DNA of 64,000 bases. Origin: a virus. The DNA lies in IMG/VR virus record IMGVR_UViG_3300012000_000002, positions 32,001-96,000 of that record; one strand, written 5' to 3'. The notes beneath the pieces were generated by a model, which worked only from the letters and a program-made list of their open reading frames with translations, did not search any database and was not told where the DNA came from. This document shows, piece by piece, positions 26,416 through 36,233 of the stretch. The translations under genes and the position numbers were made by a program. Each line of letters begins with the position of its first letter. Positions within the stretch are counted from its first letter, which is position 1.

Positions 26416-27259
26416 CTACATAATGCTCCAAGCAAGAACGCAAAGTGTTTTCATGCAACGAAAGAACCTTAGAGATTGGGTCTTGATAACCTCCAGCAAG
26501 ATTCCAAACAATCGGCTTTTGATGCTTGGCAGCGAACTGAAACACGATATCATCACGAAGCTTCATTTGTTCAGTGGTCAGATATCCACCAAGAGGATCG
26601 TTGATGTGAGGATCGGCACCGGCTTGATAAAGCAAGATATCACAATCACGGAAGTTTGCATTGAGATATGCAGGAAGCTTTAGAAGCCAATGATCGAAGT
26701 TATCACCGTTATGTGCAAACTCACCAAAGGTGTAGTGTTCGATAAGCTTGTTAGCTCCCTCAAACCGATTAATGATATCGTGCGTACCATTTCCATAATG
26801 GGCATCAAAATCGATGATACCGATTCGTCCAACACCCTGCTTCCAAAGCTGGAATGCTGTAACCATCAAGCCGTTGAAGGTACAAAACCCTCCGCAGCTA
26901 CTATAGCAACTGTGATGAAATCCGCTTGTGGGACTCATTGCAACAGTATCATTTACCAGCGCATATTCAGCGGCACGCAAAAAGCTACCAACCGTATAAG
27001 GCAAGCTATTCGCTACAGCCTCCAAGGTGTTACCAAACCCATTCATTCGACGCAACGACAAAATATCGTCAACAAACTTAGGATCGTGAGCAACAGCGAT
27101 TTCGTGCTTACTCACTGGCAACCAATCGTTTACTACATCAATTCGCTTGCTCTTATTGAAAAGCTCTACAACCTTTTCGGGCTTTCCTGCGCTCGGAGAA
27201 AAACTGGTGTTGGTGCTAACAGACTGCTTTGGAGAATAAAAGACCTTGAGATTCGACAT
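26405..27259 (-). CDS. Zn-dependent histone deacetylase-family (HDAC/AcuC-like) amidohydrolase
   Basis: GFHHS, GFC.FN, DFDAHYGNGT, YQAGADP...DPLG, GGY all intact. Confidence 0.9.
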   Translation of the reverse strand: MSNLKVFYSPKQSVSTNTSFSPSAGKPEKVVELFNKSKRIDVVNDWLPVSKHEIAVAHDPKFVDDILSLRRMNGFGNTLEAVANSLPYTVGSFLRAAEYALVNDTVAMSPTSGFHHSCYSSCGGFCTFNGLMVTAFQLWKQGVGRIGIIDFDAHYGNGTHDIINRFEGANKLIEHYTFGEFAHNGDNFDHWLLKLPAYLNANFRDCDILLYQAGADPHINDPLGGYLTTEQMKLRDDIVFQFAAKHQKPIVWNLAGGYQDPISKVLSLHENTLRSCLEHYVDAT

Positions 27260-27281
27260 ATGCTTTATTTCCTTTAGTATT

Positions 27282-27310
27282 ATAATAACACGTTTTAACA
27301 ATATTCTAAA
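27282..27310 (-). promoter_or_regulatory. Early-type promoter (TTTAGA class) for the deacetylase
   Basis: Minus strand TTTAGA (27305-27310)-17-TGtTATTAT (27282-27287). Confidence 0.6.
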
Positions 27311-27319
27311 AGAAATAAA

Positions 27320-27347
27320 AAAGGCTTTTTGTTTCCAAAAAGCCTTT
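27320..27347 (-). terminator. Intrinsic terminator after the tail tube gene
   Basis: AAAGGCTTTTTG/CAAAAAGCCTTT stem with T-run. Confidence 0.75.
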
Positions 27348-27382
27348 GTTTTAAGGGTGTTTAGCGATTTTGAGAAAGAATA

Positions 27383-27874
27383 TCAATATTGCATTACACA
27401 GTTGTCGAAACGTAGGGTAAGAGAAATTTCTGCCATATCTGCGGTGCTATCGTATGAAAGATCACCGAAACCTGCTGTTGTGCAGAAAGCTCCTTTGATA
27501 TCCCAAAGTTGGATTACTGTACCAACTGGGTCAAGCATTTTAAGTTGAATGTCACGCTTGTAGAAGTCTGGGTAACCAGCACGACCTGATACAGATTCAA
27601 AGCAAAGGCGAACCCATTCCATTACTTGTTGAGCACCAGATGGTGCTATTGGATCGTGAAGGGTTACAGCGAGGGTACCGAAGGTTGTTTTACCAGCAAC
27701 ATAGCGTGTGCTGTTAATCCAGTTGATTGTTACTTCTTCGGTTGTGATTTCTGGTCTTGCTGCTGTTTTCACCAAGAATGCGTCAATACCTTCGATAGCG
27801 AAGATAAACTGACGTTTCATCATTGGGGTAAACTTAGCTGGAAGCATTTCCGTTACTGATAATGTTTGTGCCAT
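27383..27874 (-). CDS. Tail tube protein (T4 gp19-like)
   Basis: 163 aa directly after the sheaths; YVAGK, L.VTLHDP, QVMEW, YKRD..LKMLDPVG....W..KGAF. Confidence 0.85.
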   Translation of the reverse strand: MAQTLSVTEMLPAKFTPMMKRQFIFAIEGIDAFLVKTAARPEITTEEVTINWINSTRYVAGKTTFGTLAVTLHDPIAPSGAQQVMEWVRLCFESVSGRAGYPDFYKRDIQLKMLDPVGTVIQLWDIKGAFCTTAGFGDLSYDSTADMAEISLTLRFDNCVMQY

Positions 27875-27925
27875 TGACTTAAACTCCTATTTTCTTTAAG
27901 TTAAATATTGCTTGTTTTCTATTTT

Positions 27926-30900
27926 TCAACCACCAACAAAGTTATTGCGGTTTGTTACGAAGAAGTCGATTGTGAAGAACTCTAGAGATGTGGTTGGGAT
28001 TAGATAAATCTTGCCACGAAGAGTTTTGTTATCTAGATCGGCTTGTGTTGTTGTTGTTGCATCGATAACAACACGATAACGTTCAACACCACCAGCGGAT
28101 TGATAACGTGCCATGATTGGTTGAACAGCAGCGTTAAATGCTTGTAGCGTTGTTGATTGAGCTGGTTCGAACAAGAAGCGTGTTGCAACTTGACGTACAT
28201 CACGACGAATTGCAATAAGCAATCTACGAACGTTTACACGGTTAAGCAAACTGTCTTTGTTGAGAAGAGTTTTTTGACCCCACACAACTGGACCAACACC
28301 TTGTTTTGAAAGCAAAAGGTTTATTCTTGCCACATAAAGGGTGTCAGAGTTGGCTTGATTTAGTGCAACAGCAAAGTCTGTTACGTTAGCAAGTGTGCCT
28401 CTTGTAAAGCCTGCTGGTGCGTTGAATGGTTGACCAACTGTATCGTTTTTAGCATATGCACCAAGTACAGCAACAGATGGTGGTACTTTTTCATAAACAG
28501 AACCGTCGTTTGTTACAATGTTTACGTCTGGGAAATAAGTTGCTGCAAAGCTGCTGTTTACTCCACGAGTAACGAATTGTTGCGCTGTTTGTGAAACGTT
28601 AACTGCTTCATAAGAACCAGTAAGTGATGTACCATTAGAATCATATTGTTCTGGATCCATGATGTAGAAACAGTCGAAGCGATCATTTTCTACAGCGTTG
28701 ATTGCTGTATCTGTGACATAACGCACACGGATACCGGGCATTGTAAGAAGTTGGATGTTAACATCGTTAACATCTGAGATAATTCCAATGCTCTTCAAGT
28801 AGCTTTGTACGGTTGGACCGTTTGTTAGACCACGGCTTGTTTGTGTGATTTCTTGAGCAACGGCTGCGTTTTTAAGATAACGTGTATCTGGATTAAAGAT
28901 ACGAGTACCATCGAAACCACGTTCTAGATAAAAGCTGAACTTAGCCAAGCGTTGTACTGCGGCATTTTCAACAAGGTCGTTCACTGAAAGAGCTCTTGTT
29001 TTTGTTGCTTCGTCAGCGGCAATGTTTCCTGCACGAACATAACTCCAGCTTAGAAGTGCTGCTGTGCTTGTGTTTGGTACGTCGCCGCTACCCGTTACAA
29101 TCTTAACTTTTTCTAGAGAGAAAAGGTTGTTGTTAAACAAGTCTGAGTCAATGATACCGTTTGCGGTTGTGGTAGCTGCGCCATTGTTATCAAACACTGC
29201 TGGTTGCACATTTGTTGAGCCTTCAAGATTTGGATAATACTTGCTGAATCCAAGTAAGCTTGGATTAAAGATAGAACTTCCATTTGGATCGGTAAGGCTT
29301 GTTACGTTTTGGAATTGTACACCCCAATAAAGACCTGTGTCAACACCAGAAGAAGCAGATAGCTTCTTAATGTTTAGACGCATTGGAATAGGTGGTTGCG
29401 ATGCGTTGTAAAGTGGTACGCCCCCGCCAGCAAAGTATGGGAAAGCTGGGGCTAGTAAATCGCCTTGCTTGATGTTATAAAGTGAGCTTGACCCTTGTGT
29501 TACAAGGTGTTGCGGACCACGGAAACCAAAAGGCATCGCTGAAGGATCAAGTTCACCAGCGTCTACTGCATCTGCAATTTCAACACGAACATAACGAGAA
29601 TTGTTTGAATAAGATCCATCTGTTGTTACTTTTTGTGAAGCTGTGTCTGTGTCGAAGTTAAAGAACGTGTTTATGTTGCCGATTTTCTTGGCAATATAGT
29701 TTGGTGAAGTTGGATCAAGTGAGCAGTTTGTAAATGTTTCCAAAGCTGCATCGTTATCGGTTGAAGTCATCGAACGAACAAGAACTGTAAACACACCATA
29801 TGGTTGTGTTGCTGTTCCGGGTTGAATGTTAACGATAGATATCTTTACCTCACCATTGCTTGCTTCACCATCTGAGAGACTGTGGAAACGGAAAAGATTT
29901 TGTGGAACTCCACCGAATCCTTGAGAAATAACCCAAGGTGAGAAAGCGTGGCCATAACGATCTTGGAAGCCTTCGAAGTTTGGTGTGATTGCTGAACCAA
30001 CGTTTGATGTGTGGGTAGCGTTCGAACCAGATGAAGGAACAAGGAACGCAATGTTTTGTTTGGTACCGTAAGCAGAGCCAGAAGAAGCCACAATAACACC
30101 AGAACCTGTTGGAACTGCAAGGGCAGAGAATACATCAAAGCTACCATAAAGCAAGTGACCAGCTTCTTCTGTTTTAAGCGGATCAGTATTCAAAACACTT
30201 GGGAAATAGTTCACGGCTTGTGGATCGAAACTTGCAGTAATAACGTTCGGATAACGTGCATCTGTTCCTTTGTGACCATTAAGAATCATCACAAAGCTTT
30301 GTTGGCCAGAGGCAAGTTCAACTGACCCAGTAAATGCACCACTGAATGACATTTCAGTAGCTACAAAGCTTGAAGCTGGAGCTGGTGAATTTTGTGCTGC
30401 TGATGATAGACGAAGCACAACTCCAGACGGAGCAAACAGCACACCACGAACGATTGGTACTGAGCCTGTTGAAGTTTGCAAGCCTGCATCAGAAAACACA
30501 GTAGAGCCAACTGATTCACTCATGAAGCAACCAAGCATATACACAGAGCCGGTCACACCACCTGCGTTTGCAAACACGTTGTTTCCAAGAGCACCAGTGC
30601 TTCCACTTGGCTGTTGAGAACCAACAACGAAACCTGCATCTGTTACAGTTCCGTTAGTATTTCGTGCTAAACCTTGACCAGCTCCAAGCACTCTTAGTTG
30701 CATGAGAGGTACACCAGTGTTACTAAACCATTCTCTCGCTGAAAGATAACCTAGTGGAGTATTTGAGTTAACACCACCAAACACTGACACATATTGTGTT
30801 AGTGTTGTTGCCATGATAGGAACAAATGCTGGTCCTTTGGCTGTTGTAGATATTACCAACGCAGGAACTCCTGATGGTGAGCGAGTTGTTGGTTGACTTA

Positions 30901-30943
30901 TATCAAACTCTCTTGCTAGTACGCCGGGGCTTAATAGTGCCAT
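27926..30943 (-). CDS. Tail sheath protein 2
   Basis: LSPGV..RE N-terminus; GPAFVP; APAGF.RG; WGQKTL; RVNVRRLL; RF.FEP. Confidence 0.9.
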   Translation of the reverse strand: MALLSPGVLAREFDISQPTTRSPSGVPALVISTTAKGPAFVPIMATTLTQYVSVFGGVNSNTPLGYLSAREWFSNTGVPLMQLRVLGAGQGLARNTNGTVTDAGFVVGSQQPSGSTGALGNNVFANAGGVTGSVYMLGCFMSESVGSTVFSDAGLQTSTGSVPIVRGVLFAPSGVVLRLSSAAQNSPAPASSFVATEMSFSGAFTGSVELASGQQSFVMILNGHKGTDARYPNVITASFDPQAVNYFPSVLNTDPLKTEEAGHLLYGSFDVFSALAVPTGSGVIVASSGSAYGTKQNIAFLVPSSGSNATHTSNVGSAITPNFEGFQDRYGHAFSPWVISQGFGGVPQNLFRFHSLSDGEASNGEVKISIVNIQPGTATQPYGVFTVLVRSMTSTDNDAALETFTNCSLDPTSPNYIAKKIGNINTFFNFDTDTASQKVTTDGSYSNNSRYVRVEIADAVDAGELDPSAMPFGFRGPQHLVTQGSSSLYNIKQGDLLAPAFPYFAGGGVPLYNASQPPIPMRLNIKKLSASSGVDTGLYWGVQFQNVTSLTDPNGSSIFNPSLLGFSKYYPNLEGSTNVQPAVFDNNGAATTTANGIIDSDLFNNNLFSLEKVKIVTGSGDVPNTSTAALLSWSYVRAGNIAADEATKTRALSVNDLVENAAVQRLAKFSFYLERGFDGTRIFNPDTRYLKNAAVAQEITQTSRGLTNGPTVQSYLKSIGIISDVNDVNIQLLTMPGIRVRYVTDTAINAVENDRFDCFYIMDPEQYDSNGTSLTGSYEAVNVSQTAQQFVTRGVNSSFAATYFPDVNIVTNDGSVYEKVPPSVAVLGAYAKNDTVGQPFNAPAGFTRGTLANVTDFAVALNQANSDTLYVARINLLLSKQGVGPVVWGQKTLLNKDSLLNRVNVRRLLIAIRRDVRQVATRFLFEPAQSTTLQAFNAAVQPIMARYQSAGGVERYRVVIDATTTTQADLDNKTLRGKIYLIPTTSLEFFTIDFFVTNRNNFVGG

Positions 30944-30992
30944 GTTTTATTCTCCGTATATCAAACGTTAACGATAAATAGAAGAATAAAAA

Positions 30993-31020
30993 AAAACTGC
31001 CACCTTTCGATGGCAGTTTT
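30993..31020. terminator. Intrinsic terminator between the sheath genes
   Basis: AAAACTGCCA...TGGCAGTTTT stem, GAAA tetraloop on the minus strand, T/A runs on both sides. Confidence 0.8.
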
Positions 31021-31057
31021 TCTTTTGTGCTAGTTTCGTTCTAGCGTATTAATGTAA

Positions 31058-34000
31058 TCAGATAGAAACTCCGCTTGGAAGAACAACGAAATCCATTACG
31101 ATGTATTCGATTGCTCTTGTTGGAAGCACTCTAATTTGAGCATTCATACGGTTGCTGTTAACGTCTTCAGCAGTATTGTTACGATCATCACAGATAATCG
31201 CAAACTGTTCAATACCTTGTTGGGCTTGAACTGTTGCAAGTACCAATGCTGCTTCGTTAACAAAACGTGTGCGAAGTGCTGGTGTGTTTTGTTCGAAGAG
31301 CAAACGGTTACCGATTGCAACAATTTGACGCTTGATTTCTAGTAACATTCTTTTAACGTTAATAGATTCCAAAGCACTTTCTGCTTGTTGCAATGTGTTT
31401 TGTGAGAAGAACACATAGTTGGCACCGGGGAACTTCACGATTGGGTTAATGTTGGCATCGTAAAGTGTGTTGCGATCATTTTGGTTTATTCTTATTGAAG
31501 TAAGAAGTACGAAACCAAGAGAACCACGATCAAATCCTGCTGGAGCAAACCAAGGGAACTTAACACGGTCGTTATAGCTCAATGCTGAAAGAGCAGCAAT
31601 AGAAGCTGGGAGTTGTACACGGCGAGTGTTAACAGTGTCTTCGATAACGATGTTGGGGAAGTATGCTGCACCACCGTTGTTATCCAATGCACGGTTTATA
31701 AACGCATTTGATGTTTTGTTGATGGAGATTGATCGATTTGATTCACCATCAAAGATACGAACATCGTCTTTGTCGTATGGTTGAAGGTCTAGAAGATAAA
31801 AACTCAAACCGTAATCTGTGTTTTTCTCTAGTGCGTAGTTTGTGATAAGTGGATCACGTTGACCGGGCGTTGCAAGAATGTTGTTGTTTGCAAGGCTTGG
31901 GTTGGTTGCAATATCAAGTGCTGTGCGATAAGCAACAACGTTTTGGTTAGAAGCACCAACGCCAGTATAGTTGGTTGCTGATGGAGCACCGGGAGATACA
32001 TAGCTTGCATTAGCAAGACCATATACACCACCAGCACCAGCTTCTGTAGATGTTGATTGATCTGTAAAGCGAGCAGCTTGTTTGTCAAAGATGTTTACAC
32101 CATCCCAGCCACCTTGCATAAAGGTTGTGAATTTAGCGTAGTTAGAGAAGTTGTTAAACTGAACTGCGCTGCTGCTGTTAACCAACGAAGCAAAAGTAAT
32201 ACGGTTGCTGTAGTTTGTTGCAACGTATGTTGTTGGATCGATTGTTGCGTTACGAAGATATGCAGCAGACTTCATAAGTGTTAGAATATCTGTTGAAGCT
32301 ACCGTTGTCATTGAAGTTTCGTTTAGCGCAACATTTGCAAGGGTGAACTTGTTGTTGTTCAAAAGATCGCTTGCTGAACCAGTTGTAAGCACACCTAGTT
32401 TTTCAATGCCAGCAAATTTAGAAAAGTTTGCAACAATTGGGTTAATCGCTGCATTAACGTTAACGTTTAGAACGTCATTGTTGTTTCGTTCTAGTTTAAC
32501 GCCCCAATACAATCTTCCGTCTACAACTGTTTGAGCACCGGGAGCACCAAACACTGTACCAGAAGCAGTTAGTGGGTTGCGTGTAACTGTAAATCGATAT
32601 GGAACAGGTGGAACAATTGATCCAGATAGCAAAGCACCATTTGGAACTGTGCTTGAAGATACACCACTTATTCTTGCAAGTGTTGGCAAACCACCTTGAT
32701 CGCTCAAAGCTACGTTTGTCAAAAGCATTTGGTGACCACGGAAACCGAATGGAAGAGCTAGTTCTGGCACTTCGTCGTTTTCAAGTTGTGAGCTTGGAAC
32801 CACACGAATAAATCTGCTGCGATTACCGTATTTTCCTTCAACTACAACACCACGGTCTTCTGCTTCAACTTGATCAAAATCAAACTTGGTGCGTTTATCA
32901 CCAATAACTCTTGCAATATATTGGCTGCTTTTTGGATCAAGTGATAGGTTGTTAAATTGTTCTAGAATTTGTGGTTGTTCGTCGGTGTCATTGAACGCTC
33001 TAACAGACAAAGTAAATGAACCATATTTTGATGATGGATTTGTTGATGCCAACAAGTTTGAAATGCTGATTTTATACTTGCTGTTTGCATATTCACCGTC
33101 ATCACGGCTTTCTACATAAAATAGATCATACTCGATTCCACCAAAAGGTTGTGAAACAAAGTATGGAGTTTTTGGTGCTGTATAACGTGTGTTAAAGTAA
33201 CCAAATACTTCACTGTATTCAAGACCAAGTGAGTTTGTGTTGGCAGATCCAGAAAGAACCGCAACGGTTGGAACAGTGTTGCTAGCGGAAAGAGTTGCAA
33301 CTTGTGCATCTACAGCATAATCAAGATAAAGAAGATGTTTTTTTGTTGCAAAGTTTTCTGGGTTTGTGTTTAAGATTTTTCCAACGTATTGATCTGAGTC
33401 TGGATCGAATGATGCTGAGAAGATTTGAAGACCTGCAACACCATCATCGGAAGAAAATGAAGAACCAGCAGAGCAAGAAAGAACTAGTTTAAACATTCCT
33501 TGCATTGGTCCAGTTGTACCAACTTGTGCTGCTTCGTATGTGCCGCTTCCTCCAAATGCAGCAGTTGGATCATAAACACCACCAGAATCTACTGCACCAC
33601 TTAAAACAAGAAAGCGTGAATCCGGTGCAGTGAATAGAACAGCACGAACAAGATTTACACTATCATTGTCTGGTGTAAAGCCGCTAACGTTATAGCTGTT
33701 GTTGTTGGTAAACATTGGATATCCAAACACTTCGTTGTTTTGTACAAAGTGCTTACCAACCAAGAATTGTACACGGCCTTGCAACGCACCAGAAACGAAT
33801 ACTGTTCCGTTACCGACAACTTGCATACCGGCGTTTGTAACAGTGCCGCTAACTTGTGTTTGTGTTATATCAATTGAACTACTATTGGCACCACAACCAA
33901 GAACACGAATGTAGTTAACTGAAGCTAGCTCAGTGCCTTTTGCTTCTAGAAATTTTTGTACACCATATGTACCAACATATTTCGAGTTTACTGGTCCAAA

Positions 34001-34168
34001 CTTGTTTGAAAAATCTGTGTAACTTCCAAGGGTTATTGGCACAAAGGCTGGGCCTTTTTCTGCACCACCAATAATGGTTGCTGGCGTTCCACCAACAGGG
34101 ATTGTACGTTCGGTTAAGTCGAACTCTCTATCGAAATAATTGGGGGCTTTTAATACTGTTTCTGGCAT
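31058..34168 (-). CDS. Tail sheath protein 1
   Basis: LKAPNY..RE; GPAFVP; WFAPAGF.RG; INVKRMLL; LLFEQN; P.RAIEYI..DF. Confidence 0.9.
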   Translation of the reverse strand: MPETVLKAPNYFDREFDLTERTIPVGGTPATIIGGAEKGPAFVPITLGSYTDFSNKFGPVNSKYVGTYGVQKFLEAKGTELASVNYIRVLGCGANSSSIDITQTQVSGTVTNAGMQVVGNGTVFVSGALQGRVQFLVGKHFVQNNEVFGYPMFTNNNSYNVSGFTPDNDSVNLVRAVLFTAPDSRFLVLSGAVDSGGVYDPTAAFGGSGTYEAAQVGTTGPMQGMFKLVLSCSAGSSFSSDDGVAGLQIFSASFDPDSDQYVGKILNTNPENFATKKHLLYLDYAVDAQVATLSASNTVPTVAVLSGSANTNSLGLEYSEVFGYFNTRYTAPKTPYFVSQPFGGIEYDLFYVESRDDGEYANSKYKISISNLLASTNPSSKYGSFTLSVRAFNDTDEQPQILEQFNNLSLDPKSSQYIARVIGDKRTKFDFDQVEAEDRGVVVEGKYGNRSRFIRVVPSSQLENDEVPELALPFGFRGHQMLLTNVALSDQGGLPTLARISGVSSSTVPNGALLSGSIVPPVPYRFTVTRNPLTASGTVFGAPGAQTVVDGRLYWGVKLERNNNDVLNVNVNAAINPIVANFSKFAGIEKLGVLTTGSASDLLNNNKFTLANVALNETSMTTVASTDILTLMKSAAYLRNATIDPTTYVATNYSNRITFASLVNSSSAVQFNNFSNYAKFTTFMQGGWDGVNIFDKQAARFTDQSTSTEAGAGGVYGLANASYVSPGAPSATNYTGVGASNQNVVAYRTALDIATNPSLANNNILATPGQRDPLITNYALEKNTDYGLSFYLLDLQPYDKDDVRIFDGESNRSISINKTSNAFINRALDNNGGAAYFPNIVIEDTVNTRRVQLPASIAALSALSYNDRVKFPWFAPAGFDRGSLGFVLLTSIRINQNDRNTLYDANINPIVKFPGANYVFFSQNTLQQAESALESINVKRMLLEIKRQIVAIGNRLLFEQNTPALRTRFVNEAALVLATVQAQQGIEQFAIICDDRNNTAEDVNSNRMNAQIRVLPTRAIEYIVMDFVVLPSGVSI

Positions 34169-34248
34169 ATTTATCCTCACTTTACAGTTAGTTAAAGTTC
34201 TACGGCATAAATAGAGACAAGAAACCGGTTTACCTTAAAGAACCAAAG

Positions 34249-35457
34249 TCACTTATTATCGATAAAGAAATCATACAACGCTTGTTGGTCTGAAGCGGTA
34301 TAAACCGTTTCGCCTTGTTTTTGATTGTTTGATACTTCTTTTACATACTTTGTTTGTGTAACGTTTTGGTTGAATGGATCACGATAAACTCTTTGAAAAA
34401 CAAGCTTGTCTTGTTCTGGTGGAGTTTCTTTTGTTGCTGGGTCTTGTTCAATGTCTGTAAGCACAAACTGGTTTTCTTTGGTGAAATCGTTTTTTGTTTC
34501 GTTGTATTGATCTTTGGCTGGTTGAGAGAAAACTTCGCCGGGAGCCACATAAGTTTCAAACGATATGTTGACGTTTGAAAGATAACGCTTGAATGGCACT
34601 CTTTGACCGGGAGCGTTTGGAGCAAGTAAATAACCCCGTACTGTGATGTTAAAGCTATACTTGATTAAACGTTCTGCATCTGTTATATCGTCAAAATTGT
34701 CTTGAGCATTTAATCCAGCATCAACTGTTGCAGCAAACCAATATCCTTTTTCAGTTTTGAGATAAAAACCTTTGCCGGGAGTTATTTGGCTGGCAAGAAA
34801 CGTTTCAATCAAATAGTTCATATGTTGGGTATAGTTCGTCCAAAACACAATCTCATACGTTGCCGTGAAAAATTGAGGAAACGGGATTGCAATAATCTCA
34901 TAAATGTGATCGGCTCTTAAACGTTTTGTTTTATCGTCCAACAACATTCCTTCAACAATAGAAGGGTCTTTTGCATTTTCTCCCTTGCTTTGCCTCAAGG
35001 TGTCTGGAGGAGTTGGAGTGTTGTTTAAAAGCAAACGATTAATCAACGATTGATAATCTTTGTCAGATTCATCTAATCTGCGTTTGATTGTTAACTCTCC
35101 AACAAAAGTATCTCCAGAGTTTTGTTCTATACCTGTTCTACGCAACGATATCGCTGGTAGCAACAAAACACCGTTACGATCACGAAAAGGCTTTAAACGC
35201 TTGGCAAGAGCAAATCTTTCGCCTGTTGCCAAAATAACAAACGGTTTCTTTAAGTTGATTTCTTTTTCATAGCTTGTGTTTATTTGATATGTTTGAAAAG
35301 GAATCTCTTTATCAAACAAGCTATGCATTCCGGCATCAACGTCTTCGATTCCACAAGAAGGAATGTAATAAGTTGATGGGTCATTGTTGCGAAGATCGTA
35401 GCCCGTTGGTTGTTGATCTTTGCCTTCTAAAAAAGGAACGTTAAAACGTGTGGTCAT
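34249..35457 (-). CDS. Tail terminator/completion protein (T4 gp15-like)
   Basis: Position between neck and sheath; LPAIS..R.GI; Y.I.FWT.Y...MN..IE; RLIKY.F...V.GYL. Confidence 0.55.
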   Translation of the reverse strand: MTTRFNVPFLEGKDQQPTGYDLRNNDPSTYYIPSCGIEDVDAGMHSLFDKEIPFQTYQINTSYEKEINLKKPFVILATGERFALAKRLKPFRDRNGVLLLPAISLRRTGIEQNSGDTFVGELTIKRRLDESDKDYQSLINRLLLNNTPTPPDTLRQSKGENAKDPSIVEGMLLDDKTKRLRADHIYEIIAIPFPQFFTATYEIVFWTNYTQHMNYLIETFLASQITPGKGFYLKTEKGYWFAATVDAGLNAQDNFDDITDAERLIKYSFNITVRGYLLAPNAPGQRVPFKRYLSNVNISFETYVAPGEVFSQPAKDQYNETKNDFTKENQFVLTDIEQDPATKETPPEQDKLVFQRVYRDPFNQNVTQTKYVKEVSNNQKQGETVYTASDQQALYDFFIDNK

Positions 35458-35476
35458 ACCTTATAAGTAGCCAACA

Positions 35477-36196
35477 CTATTCGTCATATAATCCTTTTTT
35501 GGGAGGCAACGGATCATTGTTAAAGCTTTGAGTTTCGCCTTCAATAAAATCTCCACCGTCATCAACGTTTGGCTCAACACGACGTTGCCCTGTGCCAAGA
35601 GCAATAGGAGCCATATCGTGTCCAAGACGTTCACGCATTTCACGAACATCTCCTGTTGGATCACCATCGTTGGTTATTGGTAAGCCACGTTGTTGTTCGT
35701 ATACTCTTTCAATGTCATCTGGAGCAAGGCGTGGGTTTGGAATGTTTGGCACATCAATTTGATTAAGTCTTGCAGAACGTGCTGTGATTTTCCATGACAC
35801 GTTATATTCAGCAAGACCAAAGATGTTTTTACCAGCGTTGGTAAACGTAAGAACCTCGTAAAGAATATCGTCGTAAGAAAAGAAATCTCCCTCGCTTAAT
35901 ATGATACCTTTATCTTGAAGATCTTTATATTGAATCAACACTTCAACCTTGGCTTCAATGTCTGGGCCAAAGTTTGTTGTTTTACTTGAATATTCTGGCA
36001 TTCCAACAAGAGCGGGAATCATGATTGGGTTTTCGAAAATCTTTTGTAAAGATTCGTTGTATATCTTGTGTACAGAGCTTTTAATGGTTGAAACTGGGAA
36101 GTAGTTTATAAACTGCCCTGCAACGTCTTTTATAAACTCTTTCGTCAAGTCGTTTATGAACTGTACTTCTCGTTGACCTATGAATAATCTTGCCAT
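35477..36196 (-). CDS. Neck/head-closure protein (T4 gp14-like)
   Basis: Synteny; Y.E...K.F..P; L...EGDF..Y....YE. Confidence 0.55.
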   Translation of the reverse strand: MARLFIGQREVQFINDLTKEFIKDVAGQFINYFPVSTIKSSVHKIYNESLQKIFENPIMIPALVGMPEYSSKTTNFGPDIEAKVEVLIQYKDLQDKGIILSEGDFFSYDDILYEVLTFTNAGKNIFGLAEYNVSWKITARSARLNQIDVPNIPNPRLAPDDIERVYEQQRGLPITNDGDPTGDVREMRERLGHDMAPIALGTGQRRVEPNVDDGGDFIEGETQSFNNDPLPPKKGLYDE

Positions 36197-36233
36197 TGTT
36201 TATCCTGTTAATATAGAGGGCAGGTTTTACAAA

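Noticed and set aside
26690-27277. 195-aa + strand ORF
   Set aside because: Antisense shadow of the deacetylase, which has the full catalytic motifs
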